From assembly GCA_951406725.2 (NCBI GenBank), contig OX597827.1:39866001-39930000 (forward strand): a stretch of 64,000 nucleotides of DNA, read 5' to 3'. The stretch is from Octopus vulgaris. Its lineage: Eukaryota. The translations under genes were made by a program, and so were the position numbers. The notes under the pieces were generated by a model. It did no database searches. It had not been told where the DNA came from and saw only the letters and a program-made list of their open reading frames with translations. This document shows, piece by piece, positions 1 to 10,479 of this stretch; the stretch's first letter is position 1; each line of letters begins with the position of its first letter.

Positions 1-1031
1 GCGCCAGCCGGGATTGATCTAAGTTTTTGTTAAACTCCAAGTCAGCTTTGATCGAGTAGACAAATGGCTAAAGGCATTCCAGTTGTGACCATCCCGTATT
101 TCTGAACACCTCGGAAAGACTACATTATCCAATTTCCCCTCCTTCTTTAAGATGACAAGGTTTGATTTGAAGGAATTTGATTATTATTTCTAACAAATCG
201 AATGACTACGGTGATTATAGATATGGTGTAAAAAAAAAATAATAAACAAAACATATAATGTTATTTCAAGTGTGAGAAATCTGACCAAACGATGTATACG
301 TGTAACGGATCTCGTTCTTCAAACCACTTTGTTGATAGTTTGTAAACTTTGGAAAAGAAAAAAATAATTATATATTTTTCTTTTATTCATCTTACCAGTC
401 TGTACTTTCGACATAATGTTGGTAAGAGATATCCTACTCTCAGATAAATATGCCAACATATCGTAAAAGTGAATATTCTACGTTGTTTTTTCAGGCTCGG
501 GTCACTTTGAATCAAACATATCTTCGATTAACAGGTGTTCCAAGTTTGAACATAATGAACTATATATATTTCTCCTCGCCACCACTATTTTATTCTAAGA
601 TGTTCTGTCGAGAACAATAAAGTTGGTTTTGTTTTGTTTTTGTTTTTGCTTTTTGCTTTGTACATAATGTATCGGAGGCTGCGTTGCCCAGTGTGTCCTT
701 CCTTTTCACTTAATACGGTAGAGTGATTTGAGAATATTTGGGCAGCTATTTCTGACAGATCGAGCGGTCATGCAGAGACTCCTATTTTTTCCTTAATTTA
801 TCGAGACTAATAAACATACACACAAACTAAAAAGAATGAGTTTGTATAAGTTTACCCTGAGGATGAAGAAAACAGGATTTTGGTTTTCGCATTACCATAC
901 TGTAGATCTACATGTTTAAGTGGGGGGTGGGGGTAGGTAACAAGTTTGCAGATAAAAAAAAAAAAGGAGATAGAAAATGAGAACATATACAAAATAGCTT
1001 TAGGGTCCTCATGAGCCCTCTTTCTGCTTAC

Positions 1032-1205
1032 CTTATCGTATGTCCCTGTATCACCCCATTCTGAATACATTTGCTTCACATCATCGTTTGATAAACAGTC
1101 TTTGAGCAAATTCGCCATCGAATGACATCCTTCGTCAGTTGGGAAACCCAGTTTCACGGCTAAGTTGTGCTTCTCATTTGTATTATTTTCTTTAACTTCA
1201 GACAT
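1032..1205 (-). CDS. First coding exon of a probable METTL27/WBSCR27-like SAM-dependent methyltransferase; gene continues toward lower coordinates
   Basis: ATG at 1205 gives 58 codons (MSEVKENN...DDVKQMYSEWGDTGTYDK) ending at a canonical phase-0 donor AAG|GTAAGC (GT at 1031-1030). Y-x-x-W-(x4)-Y-D resembles the METTL27 N-terminal motif. Family call is from memory of the motif; downstream exons were not found. Confidence 0.55.
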
Positions 1206-1884
1206 CTTAATATTGTTGTTGACAACTGTTGAGTTTTGCTGTAGAAAGTTATCCAGTCCGTTTGGGAGATTGTTCTCTGTTTTGAGTATTCCTTTTATCT
1301 ACCTGAATGTTGAAAGTCAATAAAAGGGACCAGTCACGCTCTAAGTACACACAACGCCCGCGTGCGCTTGCCAAATTGTTTTTTTTTTTTTTCTCTTCTC
1401 TTTATTTCCCCACTTCGTTCATAAATTTTCTTTCTTATCGTCGATCCTTTTGTTGCGCTTTACTTTTCAGTATGTTGTTTGTGTTAGTTACCTCAATAAC
1501 TTCACACCTTCTGAATTGACACTAACCAGTTCAACTGTGCGAATGTCTATGTTATCACCCGAAGTCTGCTTTTATTAAACTGGGTTTCTCTTTCTCTTTC
1601 ACTTTATCTGTCTAGCTGACTGAATTTATTAGCTAAGCTTTCTCTCTCACTCTTTCACTTTAGATATCTATCAATACGACTAACCCAAGTTTGTTTTTTT
1701 AATATTGTGTGCTGTGACAAATCACAACTGATGTACAGGTGTTTATACATGTATGTATACAAACATACATGCATGTGTGTGTGTATATATTTATATCTGT
1801 GTATATATTAAAATGAGGTAGTTTTGGTGAAGAATTTTAAAGTATAACTTTAAAGAGCTGTGTAAGTCCGGAACAAGGCTTTGT

Positions 1885-1886
<2 letters not shown>

Positions 1887-1960
<74 letters not shown>

Positions 1961-1983
1961 ATATATATATATATATATATATA
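1887..1983. repeat. Compound (CT)n(TA)n microsatellite
   Basis: Directly visible. Confidence 0.95.
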
Positions 1984-1984
1984 A

Positions 1985-2159
1985 AAGCTACGTGACCTCT
2001 TGGTCCACAGCTTCTTCCCCAACCCTACCTCCCAACCTGGCTCGTTCCCCTGCTCCGCACTTGCCCTTATCTCTCCAACACCACCCTCCTCACCGGCACC
2101 CATCATCGACCCTATCGCATCACTGACTCCTTCACCTGCACCTCCAGCAATGTTATCTA

Positions 2160-2214
<55 letters not shown>

Positions 2215-3410
2215 ATTCCCTGTACATCGCACAAACGGGACGCCGCTTAGCTGACCGGTTCGCGGAACACCTCCGAGACATCCCCCTCGGCAATGACACC
2301 CCGGTCTCACGCCATTTCCGCTCCACCGGTCACTCCTTGCAACACCTGTCTGTATTCGGATTGTCCTTGCACAGAGGCCATCCGGACTCCCGTTTGCGCC
2401 GTGAACAGGGATTACTCTTCTCTCTTCGCTCTTTTACGCCATCTGGGCTCAACTCCCATTCCCTCTTCATCTAACCTCCTCCCCGACTCCTACTTCTCTT
2501 CACCCCTACTCTCTTTCCCTCTTCTCTCTTCTCTCTTTCTCGCTGCTCCCTCACTCTCCTTCTCTCCTCTCTCTCCGCTCCCTCCTACTTCCTCCCACCC
2601 AACTCTCCTCTCTTGCCCCGACTCCTACTTCTCTTCACCCCTACTCTCTTCTCTCCTACTCTCTTTCTCTCCCCTCTTCTCTCTTTCTCTCTTCTCTTTT
2701 ATTCTCTTCTCTCTTACTCTTTCACCCTCTCTTTCTCTATTCTCTCTTACTCTCTTCTCTCCTCCTCTCTCTCCTCACATACCCACCTTCCCCTCCCCCA
2801 TAAGCCCACCTACCCCTACACATTCCTACACCACCTTCCCTATACTTCCCATTACCCATCCTATCCCACATACCCCACCTCTACCCCCACCCTCTGCCTA
2901 CCCACAAACCCCAACCCTCAGCCGAACCTACACCCCACCCGTGCCTTCTCCACTCTCGCCTCCCCCACCTCCCAATAACAGCACACCACACTACACCATA
3001 CAAAATTACACATCACATCACAACACACCACCCACACACTCATCCCCACATTTTCACACCTACACATACATACACGCACACGTCCAGACCACCAGCCCCC
3101 TTTCACACGCTCATACATACTTTCTTATACACACACGCACCTTCGTGATGGGGGGGGGGGTCACCTTTACTTTGTTATTTCCCCTACTTTCCTTCTCATG
3201 TGTGACCCTTCTGTTCGAGTCAGTCGCCATGATAGATCGTTAGCCCTTACACATATTTTTCTCTCCTTGTTTTTTCTGTGTCCCTTTCTGTAGAAGAGCG
3301 TAAGCTCGAAACGTAAAAGACTTTTTCTATTCCTGAGCGTTATACTAATACATCTGTTTGTTTTGTACACCACCTGTCTTCGTCTTTTGTTTTTTTTCGT
3401 AAACTCTCCC

Positions 3411-3411
<1 letters not shown>
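1985..3411 (+). mobile_element. 5'-truncated Penelope-like element: GIY-YIG endonuclease end, pyrimidine-rich 3' region and terminal repeat
   Basis: Frameshifted ...FTCTSSNVIYCI..CHSLYIAQTGRRLADRFAEHLRDI...REQGLLFSLRSFTPSGLN is the C-terminus of a PLE GIY-YIG domain. Both ends abut (TA)n. Confidence 0.85.
3284..3319 (+). ncRNA. Minimal type I hammerhead-like motif (variant core CUGUAGA)
   Basis: cttt-CTGTAGA-A-GAGC-GTAA-GCTC-GAAA-CG-TA-aaag: stem I cttt/aaag, stem II GAGC/GCTC, palindromic ACGT at stem III. Confidence 0.5.
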
Positions 3412-3448
<37 letters not shown>

Positions 3449-3449
<1 letters not shown>

Positions 3450-4450
3450 CGGGAAAGTTTACGAAAATAAACAAAAGACGAAGGCAGGTGGAGTACAAAC
3501 AAACAAATGTATTAGTATGGCGCTCAGGAATAGAAATAGAACAAGTCTTTTACGTTTCGAGCCTACGCTCTTCGACAGAAAGATATGCAGAAAAAAAACA
3601 AGGAGAGAAAAAAATGCGTGTAGGAGCTAACGATCTATCATGGCGTTCTGACTTCAGGTCGAGGTCAGAGGTCAGACGTTAGACGCTAGAGGGACAGTAG
3701 GGGAGATAACAGGGTCAAGTGACCTCCAAAACAAAGGTGGTCCCAACACAAAGGTGCGTGTGTGTATAAGAGAGTATGTATGTGCGTGTGAAAGAGGGCT
3801 GGTGGTCTGGACGTGTGTATGTATGTGTGGGTGTGGAGATATGGGGATGGGTGTGTGGGTGGTGTGTTGTGATGTGATATGTGTATGCATGTGTAGGTGT
3901 AAAGATGTGGGGATGGGTGTGTGGGCGGTGTATGTAATGTGATGTGTAATGTTGTATGGTGTAGTGTGGTGTGATGTTGTGGGGAGGTGGGGGCGAGAGT
4001 GGGAAAGCCCATGTGGGGTGTGGGTTCGGCTGGGGGTTGGGGTAGAGTGGGGGTTGTGGGGAGAGGGAGAGAGGGAGAGAGGGGAGGGGAGAGGGGAGAT
4101 GAGGAGGAGGAGAAGGAGAGGAGGAGAAGGAGGGGAGAGAAGGATAAGGGGGAGGCGGAGAGGAGGAGGGGGAGAGAAGGGGAGTGAGGGAGCAGAGAGA
4201 AAGAGAGAAGGGGAAGAGGGAAGAAGAGAGAAGAAGGGAAGAGAAGAGAAAGAGAGTAGGGGTGAAAAGATGAAGGACTGAAGAGAAGTAGGAGTCGGGG
4301 GGAGGTTAGATGAAAGTGGGGGAGTTGAGCCCAAATGGCGTAAAAGAGCGAAGAGAGAAGATTTATCCCTGTTCACGGCGCAAACGGGAATCCGGATGGC
4401 CTCTGTGCAAGGACAATCCGAACACAGACAGGTGTTGCAAGGAGTGACCG
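3449..4450 (-). mobile_element. Second copy of the same PLE family, tail-to-tail with the first across a (TA)n tract
   Basis: Reverse complement matches roughly 2328-3411 (GIY-YIG tail, low-complexity region, terminal repeat) with substantial divergence. Confidence 0.85.
3547..3582 (-). ncRNA. Minimal type I hammerhead-like motif (variant core CUGUCGA)
   Basis: Minus strand: cttt-CTGTCGA-A-GAGC-GTAG-GCTC-GAAA-CG-TA-aaag. Confidence 0.5.
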
Positions 4451-4616
4451 ATATATATATATATATATACATACACAATATAAATCTCTGAGCGAGGTAT
4501 AAACAGTAGCTGCACAACATCGTGAAGTATATTTACTACTTAATTGGGAAATCTACTTCCCGATATATATATACATTTCTAAATATCTCAGAGAGATATA
4601 AGCAGTAGTGGTACGA

Positions 4617-5024
4617 TAGAGTAGTTGTGACAGTCCCATAAAGGGAATCACACCACTGCTATTTAGCGCTAGGAAGCATCAACGCTTCCTGTCGGCCATG
4701 ACACATTTCCTGTGTCCTTATGTTTACAAGGGGGAGACAAGCTCAGCCACCCAGCTAAACCTGCATTCAGAGACTAGTTTCTAAGTCTTTTCTCATAAGG
4801 ACACAGGAAATGTGTCAAGGCCGACCCATTCAATCCGTCGGTGTCAAAAGCACTAAGATAAGTGTTGTTTGGGAACAAACATACCTTAGTATCATCACAT
4901 TCATTCAATCTTAATTCTAGGAAGGATTAAACACTAACATTATTAATCAAACTAGGGCTAAATAGCAATGGTGTGATACCCTTCATGGGACTGTCATATT
5001 AAGCTGACAGTATACAACTACTCT
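4617..5024. mobile_element. Fold-back (palindromic) non-autonomous element with a 129-bp templated insertion in its right arm
   Basis: Left arm tagagtagttgtgacagtccca...tgtgtccttatg mirrors cataaggacacagg...caactactcta. Segment 4826-4954 is identical to 5932-6060. Confidence 0.6.
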
Positions 5025-5033
5025 ATATATATA

Positions 5034-5362
5034 TACTCTTTTACTTGTTTCAGGCATTTGACTGCGGCCATGCTGGAGAACCGCCTTTAGTCGAGCAAAT
5101 CGACCCTAGAGTTTATTCTTTGTAAGCCTAGTACTTATTCTATCGGTCTCTTTTGCCGAACCGCTAAGTTACGGGGATGTAAACACACCAGCATCGGTTG
5201 TCAAGCGATGCTGGGGGACAAACACAGACACACAAACATATACACACACATATATATATGCATATATATACATATACGACGGACTTTCAGTTTCCGTTTA
5301 CGAAATCCACTCGCAAGGCTTTGGTCGGTCCGAGGCTATAGTAGCAGACACCCGGGACCATG
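5034..5362 (-). mobile_element. tRNA-derived SINE, family A, head deleted
   Basis: Body and tail match the full copy at 11164-11563. Confidence 0.85.
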
Positions 5363-5364
5363 TA

Positions 5365-5682
5365 TATATAATTAAAAATTAACGCATAGCTTAAGGACCA
5401 ACGAGGCAGCAATATGTTTAGAAATAGGAGTTAGAATCCCAAATCTACCACCGAAATATGACATAGGCAACAGTAGGCGAACAAACAGCTAAAGAATTAA
5501 ACAATTAAAAACATATCATTAAAGATTAATTGTTTAATTCTTTAATCGTTTGCACGTCTATTGTTGTCAGTCATATTTCAGTGATTTCGGTGGTAGCTTT
5601 GGGATTCTGACTCCTATTTCTAAACAGGTTGGTGCCTCATGCATCCTTAAACTTAATGCTTTTTTAAAAATTTTAATGTATA
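5365..5682. mobile_element. Imperfect palindromic (fold-back) element
   Basis: tgtttagaaataggagttagaatcccaaatctaccaccgaaat mirrors atttcggtggtagctttgggattctgactcctatttctaaaca; centre near 5515. Confidence 0.6.
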
Positions 5683-6382
5683 GCTATATAATGCTAGTAA
5701 AAAACCTGTGAACCATTTATACTATCATTGTTATCGTTATCAGTTACTTATACTCACCACAGAAAATACCTTTTTTCGAATGCTTACATTCGAATTTTAC
5801 TCATATATATATCAAATGGATGTCTTAAAAAATTATTCCGCACATACAATAACAGCCATACCAACAATCCAGCATACCTCCATCATCAGCTGCCCCACGG
5901 ATATCACTATGGTTTCGACACCTGGGCTGTACCATTCAATCCGTCGGTGTCAAAAGCACTAAGATAAGTGTTGTTTGGGAACAAACATACCTTAGTATCA
6001 TCACATTCATTCAATCTTAATTCTAGGAAGGATTAAACACTAACATTATTAATCAAACTACAACAAAGAAACACATTTATCCTATGTACAAAAACAGTAT
6101 CGGTAAATTAATTCAATAAGTAAACCTATAAGTAACTCCTAAAATATCTAACTAAACCTAGCCCTTGAAGTCGATGTAGATACTATTCCCACCAGTCTTC
6201 CATAGTTAATCATATAGAAGTGAATGATTTTATATTCTGTTCTTTCTTGGTTGAATTTAACTAATAATATAACTAATTCTGAGTGAATTACACTATTTCA
6301 TAACCCAAAGTTAATAATTAAAACACTCCATACGTATTGAATGTGTGAGTGTGAGTGAGTGTGTGTGTGTGTGTGTGTGTGT

Positions 6383-6430
<48 letters not shown>

Positions 6431-6757
6431 GTGAAGGCGCGTAGCTTAGTGGTTAGGGCAATCGGCTCACGATCGTAAGGTCGCAGTTCAATTCCCGGCG
6501 ACGCGTTGTGCCCTTGAGTAGGACACTTTATTTCACGTTGTTCCAGTTCACTCAGCTCGCAAAAATGAATAGTAGTGCCTGTATTTCAAAGGGCCAGCCT
6601 TATCAGATTCTGTGTCATGCTGAATCTCCTTGAGGACTACGTCAAGGGTACTTGCGTCTGTGGAGTGCTCAGCCACTTGCACGTTAATTTTACGAGCAAG
6701 CTGTTCCGTTGATCGTATCAGCTGGGACCCTCGTCGTCGTAATCGACGGAGTGCTCA
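6431..6757 (+). mobile_element. tRNA-derived SINE, family B
   Basis: A-box TAGCTTAGTGG, B-box GTTCAATTCC; the 3' half is shared with 22007-22390; preceded by (GT)n. Confidence 0.85.
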
Positions 6758-6763
6758 TATATA

Positions 6764-8314
6764 TATAAAACAAAAGAGGGAGTGTATGTCCATGCAGGAA
6801 AAAATATAGAAGAATTTGTGACTGAAAATGCATCTGAAATTGAAAAACTTGTAATTGTTTTTAAATAAATTCATTTACTTACATACCAAACCAGTTTCAA
6901 CAATGATAAAAATTTAATAATTGCGAAGTAGAAAAACATGTTTAAAAGATTCAATGTTTAAAAAATTCAATAACATCAAATATGATTTAAATGCTCACAA
7001 CATTCAATGATATATAAAATGTGGATCACCAAAGTTTCAGTCATACGGAGTTAAGAGGGGAAAAAAATGAAGATAGTAAAAAAAATGGGTTTGTTACAGT
7101 TTCCGTGATTTTTTCCCGTCTAGTGCAGGGATTTTCGCTTATAACAGCGTTTTTTTTTTTTTTTTTTTTTTTTTTTGCGCGGGGGTGGAATCCAGTGTGT
7201 TTATAAATTCCTTCCGTGAACTGATCTGATTTTTAATTCATTAAAGTACTGAGAACGTCTTATTTTGTCGTTCTGTCCGGTTGATTTCACTGTGGGGAAC
7301 GGTCATTAGCCGTTCCAGTTGGTTGAGTCTCTTAAAGGCTCATTTTGTTGTTGTTACTGAAGTTTGATTTCGATCGGAGGTAAAATTTCATTGTTCTAGA
7401 GCTAGGTGACGTCAGCAACTGGTGTTTGTATGGTGTTATTGTATGGTGATTTGAAGTTGCGATTTCGAAACCCGAGTGGGAACTTGTTACTAAAGCTTTT
7501 TAAATTATGTCTGTTATACCTGGTTGATTTTTTGTGGAGAAATTGGATATTTTTTCCTTTTAGTGTTTATTCTTTCTCAAGCATATTCAGCTGTGGTTTA
7601 TGTTTTTTAATGAACATACTTTCCTTATTCAAACGGATTTGGTTTGAAGTGTTTCCAGTGCATTGATAGAGAGGGAACATTTGGTATTTCGAGCTTATGT
7701 TTGCTGGGCATTGGTCTAGGTGTTTGCTTACGGGAATTCTCCTGGTTGTGGGGTTCCAGATTTGTTGCAAAGCCAACCAGACAGATCGACAAACTTGACC
7801 ACCAGAAAAATAAGACGTTATCAGTACTTTAACGAATCAAAAATCAAATCCGTTCGCGGAAAAAAATATAAATACACTGGATTCCAAAGGTTTTGTTAAA
7901 AGCGAAAATCCTTGCACATGACTTAAGAAGAATCGCAGAAACTTTAACAAAAACCTTTTTTTACTATCTTCATTTCTCCCTTATATTTCTCCCTCTTAAC
8001 TCAACATGACCGAACCTCGGGTGATCCACATTTCTTATCGATCACTTCAAACACTATTGAATTTTGTACATTTAAACAAGATAACCCACATTTTGTTGAA
8101 TGTTGTGAACATTTAAATCATATTTGACATTATTGAATTTTATAAAAATTGAATGTTTTAAACATGTTTTTCTGCTTCGCAATTTAAATTGTTTACTATT
8201 GATAAACAAAAAATATTGTTGAAACTAGTTTGGTAAACAATTACAAGTATTTCAAACTAAGGTATATTTTCAACAACAAATTTTCTATATTTTTCCCTCT
8301 TTTGTTTTATATAT
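6764..8314 (-). mobile_element. PLE remnant with long inverted terminal repeats around a GIY-YIG C-terminal fragment
   Basis: About 6764-7270 is an inverted, diverged match to about 7805-8314. The minus ORF 7567-7776 (QQIWNPTTRRIPVSKHLDQC..MFPLYQC..RLNKESMFIKKHKPQLN) resembles a PLE endonuclease end. Flanked by (TA)n. Confidence 0.7.
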
Positions 8315-8315
8315 G

Positions 8316-8410
<95 letters not shown>

Positions 8411-8475
8411 GAGAAAATGGAGAAACATACCTAAATCAATCATCAACCATCAGATAATACCCAATCAATACTTTA

Positions 8476-9765
8476 CGAGGGGCGTTCAATAAGTAATGCC
8501 CCTGACCCACTTCCCATAGCAGTAGAGCAACGAAACTTGGAACAGTTATTAGTCTTTTTCTACATAGGAACCACCCAGAGTTACGCATTTCTCCCATCGT
8601 TTGATGCAGCTCTGAAGACCGTTTTTGTAGAAGACCCCAGCTTGGTCCTCCAACCACGACGTGACTTCAGAAATCAAGGCTGCATCATCTGGGAAACGCT
8701 TTCCTTTCAAAAACAACTTCATGGCTGGAAGAGGTGAAAATCAGAGGAAGCAAGGTCAGGAGAGTAGGGGGGATGGGGATGAATTCATAGCCGCACGCCT
8801 GTGCTTCTGATCTGGCGACACGCGAGTTGTGGATCGGAGCGTTGTCCTGCAGGAGGAGGATGCCTTTGCTGATCTTGCCTCGCCTCTTGATTTTGATAGC
8901 TTCTCTTAATTTCCTCAAAATTGAAGCATAATAGACTCCTGTAATTGTGTCACCCTTTGCCAGTAAATCTGTCTTCACTACTCCGTCCTGGTCCCAGAAG
9001 ACTGTAAGCATGACCTTGCCAGCGGAGGGCTGCACCCTTGCCTTCTTTGGAGGAGGTGAGTCACGATGCTTCCACTGCATTGACTGGGCTTTGGTCTCTG
9101 GATCATAGTGATGGACCCAGGTTTTATCCTATGCAATCAGTCTTTTGAAAAATTTTGACTCATCTTCTTGGCACATCTCCAAATTCATCCTCGAGCAATC
9201 GACGCGTTCTTGCTTCTGGAAAGGTGTGAGCAGCCTGGGAATCCATCTGGCAGATACCTTTTGCATATGAAAATGGTCATGAATGATAGTTTCCACAGAC
9301 CCGGTACTAATCTTGACCTCATGGGCTATTTGGCGAATAGTTATGCGTCGATCTTTCAAAATGGCAGCCTCAACTTGACAGACAGATGCCTCATCAATGG
9401 CAGAAGGGGGCGACCAGATCTGGGAGCTGTTTCCACAGAGTTCCGACCATGTTTGAATTCACGATGCCAGCGTTTTACAAGGTCATATGATGGGGCATCA
9501 TCACCATAAGTTACTTTCATTTCACGAAAAGTCTCCCGTGGTGTGCGTCCTTTCAAATACAAAAACCGGATCACTGCTTGACACTCAGCATGCTCCATTT
9601 CACACTTGACTCGGTTCAAACACCTGTAAATCGGAAACCACAATTAGTTCAGAGCTGTAATTTGCCACTTAACCTATAGAGATATAATTAATTGCACATG
9701 CAAATTTTCAGCTAGATCAAACAACTGCAAGTGGGTCAGAGGCATTACTTATTGAACGCCCCTCG
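8476..9765 (-). mobile_element. Full-length mariner DNA transposon (1290 bp)
   Basis: About 37-bp TIRs cgaggggcgttcaataagtaatgcc(c/t)ctgacccactt; TA duplication at 8474-75 and 9766-67. Confidence 0.95.
8549..9598 (-). pseudogene. Frameshifted mariner transposase
   Basis: Pieces in different frames: MEHAECQAVIRFL.., SARWIPRLL, YDPETKAQSMQW..KVMLTVFWD..LLQDNAPIH, ending GGSYVEKD*. Confidence 0.92.
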
Positions 9766-10479
9766 TATTAAACCATTACACAACAGCTGTCAGCTACAAT
9801 GTAATTATATTTTCTATTTCTATTTCTATGTCTAGTTATATTTGTAACATATTATGTATTATGTCATTGCTGTTGTGTAATGGTTTAATAAAGTATTGAT
9901 TGGGTATTATCTGATGGTTGATGATTGATTTAGGTATGTTTCTCCATTTTCTCATTTTGTATTATTAATTTACGGTAATAATTTTACCCTTGCCCACATA
10001 ATACAGTAGATGAATTAATTGCATCGCAATTTTTAACATTTATGTATTAGTTTTGTTGGGTACCTCTCTAGCAGTATATTGGATATATGTTATCCCATGG
10101 AGGGTTGAATTTACAACCCCTATCTCATTATATATATATATACACACATATATATATATATATATACAATTGTTTCACTTCGCACATAATCAAAATTACA
10201 AAACGTTTATGACAATATAACTTTGCATTTTTAGTACCCTGATCTTTAGGGCAAGGTGGACATTATAGAGTTTACATTGTGATCAATTGAAATACTCCAA
10301 CAGACCAAGCAGATGAAAGCGTGTTTATTGTGTGTGTGCACGCGCGCGCATGCGTTAATATCTTAATTTTTATTTAAATACAATAATGATAATAGTAGTA
10401 CTGAAATAAAGTATATAATAATAAAGATAAAGAATAATAAATAAAGATTAATAATAGATAATGAAAATAATGAAATATA

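Larger units (their letters stand above)
8406..10128. mobile_element. (TA)n-flanked fold-back element hosting the mariner insertion
   Basis: 8407-8475 plus 9768-9787 is the reverse complement of 9870-9958. Confidence 0.6.

Noticed and set aside
2293-4520. Long ORFs of 316 and 282 aa rich in Ser/Pro/Leu/His
   Set aside because: Off-frame reads through low-complexity PLE 3' regions; no domain signal.
10165-10250. Possible HHR at the Naiad 3' end (GAAACAATTGTA; CTAAAGA); similar weak motifs near 7285-7312 and 41935-41975
   Set aside because: Core mismatches and no convincing stem I/II pairing.
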